NCBI RefSeq assembly: GCF_036321535.1
Contig: NC_087446.1
Span: forward strand, 39,990,001 to 40,054,000
From: Camelus dromedarius
Taxonomy: Eukaryota
Length of the DNA stretch: 64,000 bases
Direction: 5' to 3'
Positions 61,741-64,000 of this stretch are shown here, in pieces (within the stretch, counting starts at the first letter, position 1; every line of letters starts with the position of its first letter). The position numbers and the translations under genes were made by a program. The notes under the pieces are model-generated. The model was given only the letters and a program-made list of their open reading frames with translations, had not been told where the DNA came from and ran no database searches.

Positions 61741-63169
61741 ATTGGTGACAGTTGCTCTTAGTTAATGAGTGTCTGTTGTGTGCTGAGGTCTTGTGCTGGG
61801 CTCACACGGTGTCCCCTGAGAAGCTGAGCCCTGCACCCCTTTCTGATACAGCCTGAAGAACCTGTGTTTAATTCCTCTATGCATCCGAAGCCTACCCAGT
61901 TATGTATGTGTGCCTAAGAATTCTGCAAAACCTGGTTTTCCTATATATGTGTGGGAATGACCCCACTTATAGGGACGGTTCTAGAAAATTCCTCAGCTTA
62001 TCCTAGGATACCTCTCTGGGGATGGTCAGGACAGAGGAAACCGATGCCTGGCTGTTGGAAGTCATTTTAGCCTGCATCCTGTCCCCCTACACCAGTCCAC
62101 CCACCCAAGCCCCCAGGGTCTTTTCTGTGACTGGAACTGGCGAGGACATTTCTCATCCACCATGTGGTAAGTATTACACAGATGACGGGGCTATGAACAC
62201 TCCGAGAGCAGTGAGCTGCATGTCGTAGCTTAGAAACTGGACAGCCAAGAAGGGAGCTGGCCTGATAGAGAGCTGGCAAGAGTGTTCATCCCTGCTCTGC
62301 AATTTCCTTGTATGACCTTGGGCTAGATTCTGAACTTCCATAAGGCTCAGACATTTAGCTCGAGATCAGTGGAGCTGATTTAAAGCAGTAATTCTCCAAC
62401 TTTTTTTTAAAAAAGCAGTAAAGCTACTTTAAAACCTATCCCAGAATCCCATTTTGGATAACCAGATGTCCACTCAGGGCTCCCTGTCCTCAGTCCTACC
62501 CTCTGTGAGAGTCCCATGGCTTCCTCATGCTTTTTTTCATGTCCACACTTGCTTCCTCATTTACAAGTCCCTCCCTCAATATCAGAATACAGAACTCACC
62601 GCTTTTCCTCTCCTGCCAGACCTCCCCTTACTCCAGGAGTTTCTGTGGGCTTTATTGACATTGGGAAAAGGCCATGAGAAGAACGTCACATCCTTGCCTA
62701 AGCTACACTGGCACCCTCCAAGTGCCTCACCTTTACCATTTTCCTCTCTCAATGCCCCACCGTCACCCTCTTTTTCAACATCCCCTCACCATCCCCACCC
62801 CCACCCCCACCACCAAGGGAACTGTCACACTCCTTTCCTCGTCTCCCACAGGGCATCTCCACCCAGGCCACCATCCCCACCAATGGGCCCAGAGCAGACA
62901 TGACTAATCCATCACAGCACTTTTCCCCACAAAGCCTGAGTGTGAACACAACCCTCCAGGTGGTCCTGGAGCTGGCCCTTCAGATGAAACCTCTCTGTCT
63001 TCCCATTCATGACTGGGAGAGTGGGGACTGATATGGGGTGGACACACTACAGGGCTGCAGATTGGCCTCCACAGCCTGTCAGGAGCAGGATTTCTGCTTG
63101 TCATAGGCCGTTACCTCCAAGTTATGGGTCTTGGGGTTCCTTGTGCTTTATCTCCTTTCTTCTCATTTT

Positions 63170-63480
63170 TCCTTCATGTTATTTTCACTCCCACCACTAC
63201 AGTTATCTTTCTGAAATAAGGATATGATTATCTCACTTTCCTACTTTATCAGGCTTAAAAATCTCCTGGTACTCCCTAGTTCAGAGATATTCCCAAGTTT
63301 CAGACATGGCATTGAAGGCCTAGAACCCCCTGGCCCCAAGTACTTTTCAGTGTCACCTCTGGCCATTCTCTGCATGTACCATATGGCCATGCTCCCTCTT
63401 GGTTTTCTCAACCCAACTGTGCCCTTTAGGTCTCTGTGCCTCTGTGTATGCTGTTCCTCCTACCTGGGAAGGCCCTTCCC
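63170..63480 (+). mobile_element. L2 fragment
   Basis: ggcattgaaggcctagaacccc...cctttaggtctctgtgcctctgtgtatgctgttcctcctacctggg. Confidence 0.6.
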
Positions 63481-63483
63481 TAC

Positions 63484-63994
63484 TGTATTAGTTACCTATT
63501 GCTGCAGTAACAAATCACCACACTCAGTGGCTTAAAATAACACAAATTTATTATCTTACAATTCTGGGGATCAGAAGTCCACTGTGGGTCTCATTGGGCT
63601 AAAATGAAGGCTGTGTTCCTTTTGCAGACCTTTTGGGAAACTCTGTTTCTTGCCTTTTCCAGGTTTAAGAGGCTCCTGCATTCCTTGTATGGTGGCCCCT
63701 TCCTCCATCTTCCAAGCCAGCAAGGGCCTGTCTAGTCTCCCTCATGGTGCATCACTCAGACTTTTGCTTCCATCATCACATCTCTTTTTGACTCTGACCC
63801 TCCTGCATTCTTCTTACACGGACCCTTAGCATTACATTGAATTCATTCAGATAATCCGGGATGATCTCCCCATCTCAAGATCCTTAATTTAATCACATCT
63901 GCAAAGTCCTGTTAGGTTAGTCCCAGGTTCCATAGTCCCAGGTTCCAGGGCTTTGGGCATGGGCATCTCTCGAGGGCCATTATTCTACTACCCC
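63484..63994 (-). mobile_element. MLT1D-like solo LTR
   Basis: tgtattagttacctattgctgcagtaacaaatcaccac...ccatctcaagatccttaatttaatcacatctgcaaagtcc...ggccattattctactacc. Confidence 0.85.
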
Positions 63995-64000
63995 ACCCAC

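Noticed and set aside
1-64000. CRISPR arrays, prokaryotic operons, rRNA or snRNA genes, NUMTs, ERV internal genes
   Set aside because: No regularly spaced repeat-spacer units, no long ORFs other than L1, and no recognisable rRNA, snRNA, mitochondrial or gag-pol-env sequence

Overview
This is mammalian non-coding DNA, most likely from a camelid (alpaca, llama or camel). The evidence is three tRNA-Ala-derived Vic-1-like SINEs and artiodactyl-type L1 3' ends, with no recognisable BovB, Bov-tA, PRE-1 or Alu. I find no host protein-coding exon, RNA gene, CpG island or CRISPR-like array, so the window reads as intergenic or deep intronic. Much of it is interspersed repeat: many old MIR and L2 fragments, L1M fragments, MLT1, LTR16 and MER41-like solo LTRs, hAT MITEs (MER5, MER20, MER53, MER91-like) and several young L1 insertions with intact target-site duplications (TSDs). 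The only recognisable protein sequence is L1 ORF2 remnant. All five N runs lie inside L1 copies. Best leads: (1) a complete MER41-like ERV1 solo LTR with a GAS (STAT) motif where primate MER41 carries it; (2) a twin-primed L1 with a 21-bp inverted duplication that re-used the target site of an older L1; (3) a 99-bp TSD-flanked insertion of unknown origin; (4) several repeat-poor blocks with enhancer-type motif clusters. Repeat subfamily names come from recalled consensus sequences and boundaries of old repeats are approximate. I see no well-supported novel biological system.
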